Below, in pieces: positions 24,753 through 35,601 of a DNA stretch of 64,000 nt. This stretch comes from Tubiluchus corallicola. Its lineage: Eukaryota; Animalia; Priapulida. The first letter of the stretch is position 1; the number at the start of each line of letters is the position of its first letter. The DNA lies in contig JAQGDQ010000237.1 of NCBI GenBank assembly GCA_030141605.1, positions 280,871 to 344,870 of the forward strand. Direction: 5' to 3'. Below the pieces are notes generated by a model. The model did not search any database. It had not been told where the DNA came from and worked only from the letters and a program-made list of their open reading frames with translations. Position numbers and translations under genes: made by a program.

Positions 24753-25936
24753 GTAAGCACTTAGAGTTCTCTTGGCACTTTTCACTGTTGTTCTTAAAAG
24801 ACAGATATAGTATGTTAAAAATGTGTGGTAGAATTTATTTTGGCAAGTTAAGCGTATTGTGCTGCTTAAACTATAAATGCATTCATTGCTTTTGGACATT
24901 TTGTGCACTGGAGTAATCAAATTATAAAAAAATTTGTGTACTTTTGTAGCAGATATGTAAAGTAAACAACTGGTATTTTAGCTAGAAAAGTATTTGTATC
25001 TGGCATGCAATTTTTATGTATTTTAATTACATATTCATTTCTAATTATTGCTGGGCTGGCCGCAAAACAGAATTTGCTTCTGGCTTATCTCATGAGCTCA
25101 AAAGATGTCAGTAAGGATTGAGGAAATCTTTTTTAAAGCTTTGTGAATGTTTAAAGCTGAATTGTGTAATATTTAAAGTGAGTTGTTATCAAAGTTTGTT
25201 TATTTCCCACTGGTTAGCAGTAATGTTTTAAATTCCTTCAATGCACATTTTTCTCACGATTAGTTTTTTAGTTCTTTATTTCGCATTACTAAATTATTGT
25301 ACAATTACCGATTATCATATAGACTCTTTTTTGTACGGTATCATCAGAACATTTGTTCTTATAGTTATGGTATAAGCGGCAACACTACTCGGCCATTAAT
25401 ATGCTGATTTGGCGGAAAATACATACTTTTTGGCCCACAATACGATAACAAGCATCATAGAGAATGAGAACCCTGACTGAGAGTTAGCCCTAGAAAAACA
25501 TGGCTGCGTCCTATCCAAAATGACGATGTTATAATAATTATTGTATTTTACGTTTTAAATTAAAAACTGCTTTTATATGGCTGTGGCAGGTAAGTCTTTC
25601 AGCTGGGTGTGCAATAAAATTAAATGTACCCGGGCGATTAGACAGACACAAAAGTATTTTTATTGTCAGCCCTATCTTATTTATTCGCATTGTCCATGCA
25701 ATCATAATGACGTAAAATAATATCCTGAAGATCGAATCAAGGTGGCGATCAATTTGGTCTTATAATGTATTTTAGTTATGGCCTGATGATATGACATTTA
25801 CCTTCTTGTTGTGTATTTTTTGTAGTTAGCTTCCAAAGTAACAGTATCAATAACTTGAGGTTTCAAATAAGCTTTAAATATTAAGATATATAACTAGCAA
25901 TATGTTGTTAAATACATTTCCTTTATTTCGTTTCAG

Positions 25937-27718
25937 GGCAATGCCGGCATACTCATGTCTATAATCATTATTCTTCTGACGGTCCTAATGGCACTCTTCT
26001 CCGTTCTGTCTGGCATTGGCATCTGTGAGCGTTGTCGGGTGGAAAGTGGCGGCATTTACTTCCTGATCAGTTTTGTACTCGGTCCTCGAGCAGGAGGTGC
26101 TGTGGGAATAATCTATGTCTTCGGGCAGGCAGTTGGAGTGGCGCTGTTTGCAACCGGCTTCGGTGAGTCAATGAGCTCTCTGATCAGCAATGACAATCCT
26201 TGGATTTCCCGTGGTATCGGCACAGCGGTCTTGATCGTACTCAGCGCATTTAATGTAGCTGGAGTTAAATGGGTAATTAAGCTCCAGTTAGTTCTTCTCT
26301 TCGCTCTCTTCATAGCCATGTTAGATTTTGCAATCGGTTCGTTCCTGCGTCACGACATTGCACACGGCGTCGTCGGTTACAGCAGAGATGTACTCATGAA
26401 CAACTCCCGTCCGGATTATCTGGCGGACCAGAATTTCTTCACTGTTTTTGGGGTAATCTTTCCCACAGCCACTGGCGTCTTTGCCGGGATCAATATGAGT
26501 GGAGACTTGCGCAATCCAAGCAAAAACATTCCCATTGGCTCGCTGGCGTCTATTGGTGTCAGTGGGTTTCTCTACTTAATGTGTTTATTGATACTCGGTG
26601 CAACATGCACCCGTAGCGCCCTGCAAACTGATTACATGATTGCGGAGAAGGTCTCCGGCTTGCGTATTGCTTGGCTTTTAGGTCTCTACATCTCCTCCCT
26701 TTCTTCGTGTTTGGGTGGTCTGTACGGCTCTCCGCGGATCCTCCAGAGTATTGCAAATGAAAATGTCATACCAATTATCCGTGTTCTTGGTAGAGGGCGT
26801 GGTCCTAACAAGGTTCCTGTTCTGGCACTTGGTGTCACAGTTCTGGTGTCATTGTTGTTTATCTTAATTGGTCAGCTCAATGTGTTGGCACCCATTGTTA
26901 CAATGCCATTCATGATAACTTATGCTGCCATTGACTACGCCTACTTTGCTCTGGCAATGTCGTTTGACATCCAAAAGCGTCGCGAAACAAGATTCGGCAA
27001 GGGTGCTCATGACGATGACACAATGGCCATCCCTGGTTATGGCACAGCAGAAAAGCCCGGCCTGCCCAATTCTAAAAGTAAATCTCTGGAAAAGTTTAGC
27101 GATGACCTTGACAGGCTTTTTCCGGAACGTGTCGATCCGAAGCACGGTGGTCCTTTGCAGCAGGACAGTCTCGAGCGCCCTCACTCACCAACATTTAAAC
27201 ACGATGTTGATCGTGGTGAAATTGTGCAAAAATCAGTCAGTCAGCAAAGTTTCTACAGTGACGCCAGCGACACTTCCCACCTTCTGGATGCTGTCAAACC
27301 AGCTGGCGCTAAACCTCAGATAAGCAAACAGCCCGAATCTTGGTATTCAATGCTGTGCAATCGCTGGATTGCTCTCCTTTCTGCTATAGTCAGTCTCACC
27401 ATAATCTTCCTTGTGCAATGGCTTTATGCCCTTTGTAATCTCATCTTCCTTGGCTTGGTGTATGTCTACATTGCTTGGGCTAACCCTGGCCTGGCTCCCG
27501 GCATCGCTGACTTTAGTTTCATAAGTTGGCTGCGGTCACTGTGGAACCGCTGTCGTGGACGGGACGAGGAAGAACAGTACGTTGTTACTCCATCTCACCC
27601 TGGAGTGGAGACGACTGCTGCTCAGCTTACAGAGGATAATGAAGATTTTGCCTCCCGGGGCCGCTACCATCAGAAGACAGTCGTACAGGGTGGTCACTTT
27701 GATGATGATGAAGATTAA
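25937..27718 (+). CDS. SLC12A8: Solute carrier family 12 member 8, coding exon 3 (spliced protein about 695 aa)
   Basis: Acceptor tttcAG at 25935-25936. GNAG..., SGGIYFLISFVLGPRAGGAVG, FPTATGVFAGINMSGDL.NP..NIP.G and PRILQSIA are cation-chloride cotransporter motifs. The long loop before the last two TMs and the short C-terminus are as in SLC12A8. Confidence 0.92.
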   Translation, partial: GNAGILMSIIIILLTVLMALFSVLSGIGICERCRVESGGIYFLISFVLGPRAGGAVGIIYVFGQAVGVALFATGFGESMSSLISNDNPWISRGIGTAVLIVLSAFNVAGVKWVIKLQLVLLFALFIAMLDFAIGSFLRHDIAHGVVGYSRDVLMNNSRPDYLADQNFFTVFGVIFPTATGVFAGINMSGDLRNPSKNIPIGSLASIGVSGFLYLMCLLILGATCTRSALQTDYMIAEKVSGLRIAWLLGLYISSLSSCLGGLYGSPRILQSIANENVIPIIRVLGRGRGPNKVPVLALGVTVLVSLLFILIGQLNVLAPIVTMPFMITYAAIDYAYFALAMSFDIQKRRETRFGKGAHDDDTMAIPGYGTAEKPGLPNSKSKSLEKFSDDLDRLFPERVDPKHGGPLQQDSLERPHSPTFKHDVDRGEIVQKSVSQQSFYSDASDTSHLLDAVKPAGAKPQISKQPESWYSMLCNRWIALLSAIVSLTIIFLVQWLYALCNLIFLGLVYVYIAWANPGLAPGIADFSFISWLRSLWNRCRGRDEEEQYVVTPSHPGVETTAAQLTEDNEDFASRGRYHQKTVVQGGHFDDDED

Positions 27719-30700
27719 CTGATCGTGATGTTAGTTATTTTTCTGCATGCAGGCATATGGAGTACTTAAACTTTTGCATGTCCTTCAGAAGACGGGTTGG
27801 AATTTGCTAACTACTTTCTAATGAGTACTCAGGCCTAGCACTCACAGTAAACATGAGTTTACTCATTTTATTTGCTCCCAGAAAGTCAAGGGCTGGATGT
27901 TACATGTAAATGCCCAAACTCCCCCCTTTGAGCATAATACTCCATCTCTGCTCTTGTTGGTGTAATACAACTTTTGCAGCTTTGCTTTTATTGTTGTTTG
28001 TTCTGTATCATATCTAGACTTTTTGTGGTTAAGTTAGCTGTCTAAGTCTTGCTTGGAAGCAGTACTGCATCCCAGAAAACGGGTCCAAATCTCATGCCAA
28101 AGTTTTTAAGGATGTTGATATTTTTATTGATTTTAGCATTTTATTCGCATGGCTACGTTGCTGTTATCTTACATTCCATTGCAAAAGCGTTTTAAGCTTT
28201 GTAGTTATCCACGAGCTTCGTGTTTATTGCACATTCTAGACAGTATGTGTCTTGAGATTTTTCACTATGAAAACCACTATTTTTGGACTATAGTAATTTG
28301 CACATTTAGTAATCAAAGTCTGTAGATGCTCTTCTGTTTATATATTTAAGTGCTGCACATGCTCACAGAGAGGTGGGCACAATGTTGTACAATACAAAAA
28401 CTGAATGGTAAAACAGCCCTTGAGTGACACACATGTGAAGTATTTTTGGATATGTAGGTTAGCAGTTTCTCTCTTCACGCGTATGACATTCAAATCTATG
28501 TGTTCTGTTAGACGTTTTTTATTGAAATTTTGCAGTTTCGATCGTCATGCTGTTGTACTACATTGTGTTTGTTTAATGCATTTCTACAACCATATAATGA
28601 TAGTAAGTGGTGATAGTTTTTTCTACAAAACTAGTCAAGCTGTACAACATTCTGCTTGGTCGCTGCTGTTGAGTCATCAATTCCAACTTGCAGTACATCG
28701 AATTATATTAAAAAGTAAGCAGTTTTGTGAACAGTTCTCTCTCTTTCAGGAGTTCGCTTAGTCGTAGTAGAACTTTTAATACCATTTTTTGCTGTTTTTT
28801 TTCTGATGTTGCTGGTATTCTCAATCACAGCAGTACAATGTGTGATTAAGCCTGCACATTAACTACACCAAAGATTTTTTCTAGTCTTCTTGTGCTGCTA
28901 CTATACGTCTTCATAAATCATTTCTTATTGAAAAAGTTTATTTATTGATTATAGAGTATATTTACTGACGTGTCTTTATCTGTTTTAGCTTCTTTTAATC
29001 AACAAATATTTGAGCCATGTTATCAAATCATATTTTTAACCTATTCAGTCGTTGTTTCTGGTAGTCTGAGTTTGGCTTTTAACTGCTGGCGTGTAACCAA
29101 ACAAATATTGTAATGTATTGAAAATGTCTTCTCTCTGGCTTTTGTTTTTGCTCAAGCACTCAGCTTGTGTTTACACAACTTGCCAACAGATGGCATAGTC
29201 TACTACAATTTGTAATGATGAATAGGCTGCCGTCTTTGTTTCATTTTATAAATTATTATGGAGAAATAAAATTTTAACAATGACCCGAGCAAGTAAGTGG
29301 TTTCATGTAAGTTTTAATATACAATTTTAACATTTTAACTGTTACGTCTGGCGCTTTTGGTACTTATGTAATGTCTATGTATCTGCGTGATAGAGGCTGT
29401 GAACTTAAATCATTTAATTTAGTGCATGTGATATAGTGTACGTTGTAGATGTTATTGTTACGTAATTGTTAATTTTTTTGTTTCCATTATTTTCTGTAAT
29501 TTATTAAAACGTTTTAACACCATAATTGTTAAATTCAATAAAGGAAAAGTACAGCTTTTTTAGAGTATATTCTTGCTGTAAGTGTATATAATATAATGCT
29601 GATTTTATTTGGTGGAAAAGCTTGTAGGACAGATTTGCTTTTGCATGGTTAATTAAATTTAGCATAGCAAAGCGCATGACAGCAGATAGATTAACTTCTG
29701 TATGCTATTTTATACATTTACAGTAAAATGCTATTACAATCCTGTACTAATTCACTTGAATTCAATTTACTGAGTCCATTTAATATTCCCCCCTCCATTT
29801 TAAGCATTTTACAATTAAAACCAGCCATTTAATGTCTTGTTATGATATTGAATGCTAACTTAAAGTGCATTTCTCCCAAATTAAAAGCATTTCACGGTGA
29901 TTAGAACACATTGGCCTGATGGCCTGGGCGACTATTAAAAAATATTTGATTTTAATGACAAGATTAAGTTTTTCAAAACAAATCCAGCTATTAAAATAAT
30001 TATTATTACCTGATTAAAATAGTGATACATGTATTAACTATATTGTTGTCAGTTACTGTGTACAAATATACAGTCTTATGTATTCTGCATTCACAAAACC
30101 CATCCAGCATCATTCTCAGACAGTCATGAATTTGCGATGGAGACAATAAAACATGGACTTGTAAATTTAATAATATGATATAAAATGTAATTTGTTAAGT
30201 TGGTTACAACTCTATGAGGTTTCAATAAATGCCAGAGCATTAACTGTATCATGACACATCTTGTTCATTTAGTCTAATCTCCAATTTTGTGGTATTGTTT
30301 GGAAACTATATTATTATTTTATTCAGAGAGACCAAATCTTGCTCTACTTGGTTATAGCTAAATGCTGTGGAATTATACACCACAAGACTGTATGTATTTA
30401 ATTACTATAGCTACTTGTTTATCAATGGATAATAGCAGACATTTCTGCATTTGCGCTACACTTAAACAGTTATGATTCTTTGACATTTGAATGACAATCG
30501 AAGCTACCGTACTTACTTTTAATGCACACAGTGTATGACAAGTGAATTGCCTGAGATTTTGTGATTTGAAATAATCAAATAGTCTGTGGCAACTATAGCC
30601 ACAAATAGTAAAAACAGCATAAGATTAGGTGTAACTTACTGTTTCAGTAATTGTGGAAAAAATGTAGAATGATCTCTTTTGTCATTTTATCCTGTGATGA

Positions 30701-32757
30701 TTTACCATTTTTAAAATACACATGGCACCACAATAAGCGTAATACTGTGGTGTAGCATTTATATAATAATTAAACCCATTAGCCTAACAAATTATGGTGT
30801 GCACACACTACTTTACAACATATGTACTATTCAGTTTTCACTTGTATGAATGTTTTGTGTACATAAAATCATAAAAAATGACCAAATGTTACTATTGTGA
30901 TGTGAAAATTATTTATTATTGTCTGTGATTATTGCATGATAAATTGTTAATCTGTCACAGTGGTGGATCTAAGGATTTATTAAAATTAAGAATTGAAACC
31001 AGTCAAGTGGAGTATTTGAGGTGTGGAAATGTTAATCAAATTTGGAAATGTGACAGCAAATAAAGTTAATATATCACTATGAAATTTGTGCTTTTTTGTT
31101 TATTACAATTGAAAAAAGGATAAAGAGCAAATATGAATGGCTTTACTGTCCTTTCTAAATGCTCTGTGGGTTTAAAATAAATGAAATAGTTTTGAAATAC
31201 AATTGAATAACCATCTGTCAATAAATCTGCTTTGCCAAAAGTCCATTTTACACAAATATACCCCATTATAACACCAACAAGATAAAGCATGACGAATTGC
31301 TGTCTATTGAATCTATTGTAAAAACAATAATCTCTGCACAGAAGAGCACTTACGATGTTTAAACTAAGATTTAGGTTTCGTACCTAGTGACTGTATGGAA
31401 CTGAATGTCGAAGTTTTGAGCAAGGAGCGTGCATTTAACAGTACAAGAGCTGCATAGGTAAGGTTCAATATTGATGTGAATTTAATAGCTGTCATTTCTA
31501 CTGCTTTGACTTAAGGTCAACTTATGTACGATGGCTATTTATAGTCATATTTGTCCAGTAATGTTACACGGCTGGCTTACGGGACCATATTTCTCTTATC
31601 AGAAGTTGGATAATTACCAGTATTTCACATTATTCTACACGCCATGTTATGTAAAAGTTTTGCAATGTGCCACCGTAGAACTACATCTGCATTGTTAATG
31701 CAACAAAAATGAGCAGTATAACACATGTATTAACACACACATAAAAATACTAAACCTATTTATCAGATATTAAAATTAACTAAGAAACAAAAGAGAGGTT
31801 GCACAGCAGAATGGCTTTGATAAACCTCACCTTACCGCCAACCTCACTATAACGCCATATTCAGTGGTGTCCCAGACTTGGTGTTATAATGGCATTTGAC
31901 TGTACCTGTATACGTTGCACAGTAGCTCTTGGCACTTCAAACGCATCAGGATGAACACACACATAGTTCTAAAGCTAACACCATCACAGCATCAAAGCAA
32001 CCAGCTGCACAATTTTGTACAACTATTAAGCGCACAAAAATGCCAAGTTAGAAAACTTACTGAGAAATTAATTGTGGAGATAAGAAGCATTTCTTTCTTC
32101 GAAGTTTGTTTAATACAGGACTCTCCAGCTGTATTAAAAAAGGGCAAACTTCCATGAGCTGCCAAAAAGAATATCTGGAAGACAGTGCAGAGGTTGACAT
32201 TCAGCAGTCAGCATTGTCAAGTCTTCATAATAGGTACACCTAATCAAAGCTGGGACTATTTTGTTACATATCGTAGTACGTTAAGGCTGCAATAATTATA
32301 AACCTATGCATATATATCCAAATACAAACACTTTGTTGCTATGTACAAAAAATATCACAGAATTTCTTATGCACTGTGTGAGCAATGAGCATAGTATTGC
32401 ATAAGCAAAAAGGCACTTTCATACGTAAACATATTTTTCCAGTCTGTAATGCCTACCGCTAACTGTGATGTATAATTTAATGAATCCTCAGTGTAACAAA
32501 AAACCAGAAAGCATACAAAAATTACCTTAGTAAGACTTTCAAAGTAAAATAAAATAATGCATGTTTACTGAATCATAAATTTGTACAAAAAAATGGAAAT
32601 TTAATACTATAATAAGCTACATTTTTACATATTATATTTTCACACTTATAAGCGGCCTGGGTAAAAAAAATAAGTCTCTGTCAATTATGATAATCAAACT
32701 ATAAATACACAAGTCTCACCATAAATTTAAAAACCAGGAGTGTATTGTTCTTTTTTG

Positions 32758-33105
32758 TTACTTTTTTCTTGCTTTAGGTTTGGTATCTCCTCCCAGCCAA
32801 CTCGTTAATTTTTCCGCCATATCCGGCATTTGTGGCTGCGGCATTTGCTCTTGCATGTTGGCCATCTCCTTCTGAGTGTCAGGATCATTCATATTCACCA
32901 TCTTTGGCAGAACGAACAGCAGCAGCATTGGCAAAACCATCATCAACACCATCGGACTAAACAGCATGTCCGTAATCCGCCATGTTTCTCGCTTCTGGAA
33001 GTAATTTGCTGAACCTTTCATTTTAAACCGGAGTGGGTAGCTTACAGTTTGCACCTGTGACGAGTGGGTTTGTATATAGCTCAGCTTTCTTGCACGAACC
33101 TTGCC
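32758..33105 (-). CDS. EMC7: ER membrane protein complex subunit 7, exon 2
   Basis: Acceptor ttgcAG. GKVRARK...YPLR......YFQKRE.W...DML.SPMVLMMVLPMLL...LPK......DP...KEM is the EMC7 signature. Confidence 0.93.
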   Translation of the reverse strand, partial: GKVRARKLSYIQTHSSQVQTVSYPLRFKMKGSANYFQKRETWRITDMLFSPMVLMMVLPMLLLFVLPKMVNMNDPDTQKEMANMQEQMPQPQMPDMAEKLTSWLGGDTKPKARKK

Positions 33106-33481
33106 CTGCAAAGAACAATAAAGAAATACACGTTGGGTTATCAGGAAACAAAAAGAAAAAGTGCTTGCACTTAAAATAGTGCGGCATATCATAACTTCTG
33201 AGATATTATTTCACATAACCAAACAAATGCAATTAAAGTTCAAAGTCAAATCTTTCATTTCTTTATCCAAATCAAAAACAAGGAAGATTAGTATAAATTA
33301 AGTAACCAAACAAATTGGAAAGGTTGGCGAAAAACATCAGTTATCGAATCAGCCATCCCTTATTTATTTACCGTTAAAAATGGACTAACACAAATAATTG
33401 TAATGCAACTAATATAATTATTATTATTTACGAATAAAAATTAAAAAACACTATTTTTGTTTAAGTCAGGAAATTTCTTAC

Positions 33482-33790
33482 CTTACTATTAATATCCACT
33501 CGTACTGGTTCATATTCAAAATCAGCATTTATGACTTCAAAAACGTAAGATGAGCCCGCGGGCAGATTTTGCACCTGAAAACTGCCATCCTCTTTTAAGA
33601 AACCTAAATAGTGGCCACCATCAACGTGAATTTTTGTAACCTGCGTCCAATTTGGATAATACTCCTTAAGTGACTGCACCTTTCCTTCTATGGTAACTAA
33701 GATTTTGGAATCATCGTTTGCCAAAGAGAAATGTAAATCACAAAAGCTAAAAGTCAACAAAAATAAAAAGCTTTCCACGAACAGCGACAT
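33482..33790 (-). CDS. EMC7: ER membrane protein complex subunit 7, exon 1 (spliced protein 218 aa)
   Basis: Signal peptide, then IEGKV...VDGGHYLGFLKEDGSF.V.N.P.GS.Y..EV......YEPVRVDINSK. Donor aag|GTAAGA, phase 0. Confidence 0.93.
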
Positions 33791-33925
33791 GTTAGGTACA
33801 GCAAAAAAGACAATCCTTATATTTGTTTGTTCAGCAACAGTTAATTCAAGAAATTTTATTTTTAGATACAGTTTCGAAGATTCAGATTCATTTTATTTCC
33901 TTTTCCCCCTTATATTACTGTAATA

Positions 33926-34264
33926 AGGGGTGATTACTAACACTATGCATTCGCATAATTCAGAACTTCAATCACATACGTTCTATATCATTAAAGCGTA
34001 TGAGACATCATGCAATTAGCATAATTTAGCTGTGATTTCTGTGCACAATTTTTAAACAAATTATTTATTAGTGGTTTCACTGCAGAACAAAATATTTTAA
34101 CATGCATGATCTTTGTAAAACAAATCTTAATTGTTGGTTCGAAAACTTGTTCGAAAATCTTTCAGTCTCAATTTGAATTCGAAATACCGAAGTTCAACTC
34201 GATTCAAACTCGAAAGTCACAAATTCGATTCGAATTCGCTTTCTGGTAGAGAATGTTCACCCCT
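33926..34264. mobile_element. Possible hAT-like MITE remnant in the EMC7 / ANK-cGLR divergent promoter region
   Basis: aggggtga (33926) and tcacccct (34257-34264) form an 8-bp inverted pair, with clustered TTCGA/TTCGAA subterminal motifs at 34138-34239. No clear TSD. Confidence 0.3.
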
Positions 34265-35601
34265 ACCCTACTGTACGGCATGTAAGCGTTACAGAATGAA
34301 GCCAGAACTTGACACAGTGACCTGATCTTAGTGAGTGGTCTCGCGGTATAACAAGCTTGTTTTTTGCGTTTACCAATCATGGCAGGTCGCAGTCTTGACT
34401 GTTTTGCCCAGTATGTTGTGTAGTGAATATTATATAAAGTTCTGCTGCTTTTTGTGTGACTGATAACGGTAAGTTTAAGTAGGGGATTTAAAAATACTAC
34501 TATTCGGTCTCTAACACTAACAGTGATTAGACGTAGACATGGTAATGGGAGTACTATAATTTTGCGTATTCAGCTGCGTGACCTTATTCAGACAGTGATA
34601 GAATTTAAAGAAATTATGTAGGTCGTTCTTGTGCGATGTGAGAGTGCCTTAAAAAAGAACCACCTAAACTGCAAACTACCCATAGATTTATTTATTACAG
34701 GTTACTGTAACATCGTAGCTTATCTTTGTGATGATTAGCATAAATACGCTCGAGGAATTCATATTTCCGTCAAGAACGTATTTAGCAAGTGTAAAGCCTC
34801 ACCAAGATTTTTTTTATTTTATTCAGCTTCCTGTAACAATTTTAAAAGATAAGGAGTTAGAATTTCAAAATACGATGTGCCATTGACTTTTGGTTTGACG
34901 TTATAATAATTATGCTGGTGATGATGGTTGGGGTGGTGATGATGATGATGATCAACGATGATGATAATGTTGATAGCAATGGCGGGTGATTGAATTGAAG
35001 TTTTTTAGTAGAAAAGCTGTCACGTTTTTGCTGTTTTGTAGCTTGCACAGCTTTATGTTAGACCGAGTGATTAGCATGTGATTGGCTGCAAAGTTAAGTA
35101 GTACCAGCTTGGCTAATAGTTAGGTGGGTTTTCATGGGAAAATGACATTTGGGTCATTTCATCTGATATATATATCTTACTCTTATATGAAGGAGGGCGA
35201 ATGCACACTGAATCATTTCAGTGTTGTATCTCAAAGTGCTGTAACCTTGATAATGATCTATCTAGGATCGAGGTTTTAATTCGGCTGCAACTGTCAATAT
35301 TACTCAATAGGCCATGCCTTAAGTGCTGATTATTGAGCCAAAGTGAGCCAAAACCAATATGAGTGTCACATTGTGTTATATTGTGCATGTATGCTGCAAA
35401 TCGCTCTAATTTTCTTGATACTATATGTACTACTTTATTTCAGGTTATTGAAATATGGACTGAATTTCGGCCCCAAGGGAGTAAAAGTCACAGTGGATTT
35501 TTTTATGAGTGAACTTGAGGAATCTCTTGAGTGTGTCTACTAAGTGTTTTTACAAATACAATACTGGGAGCATCTATGGTATTCACTCGTGATTCAACAA
35601 A

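Noticed and set aside
24507-24920. ORF-track proteins of 123 aa (+) and 137 aa (-)
   Set aside because: Wrong frames. The true coding segment is SLC12A8 exon 24624-24752 in another plus frame.
27719-32757. Short ORFs between SLC12A8 and EMC7 (28405, 31066, 31915)
   Set aside because: No recognisable motifs or splice support. The region is AT-rich and consistent with 3' UTRs and intergenic DNA of convergent genes.
34138-34240. Heat-shock elements in the EMC7/cGLR promoter
   Set aside because: The motifs are TTCGAA/TTCGA rather than properly spaced alternating nGAAn units, and look more like transposon subterminal repeats.
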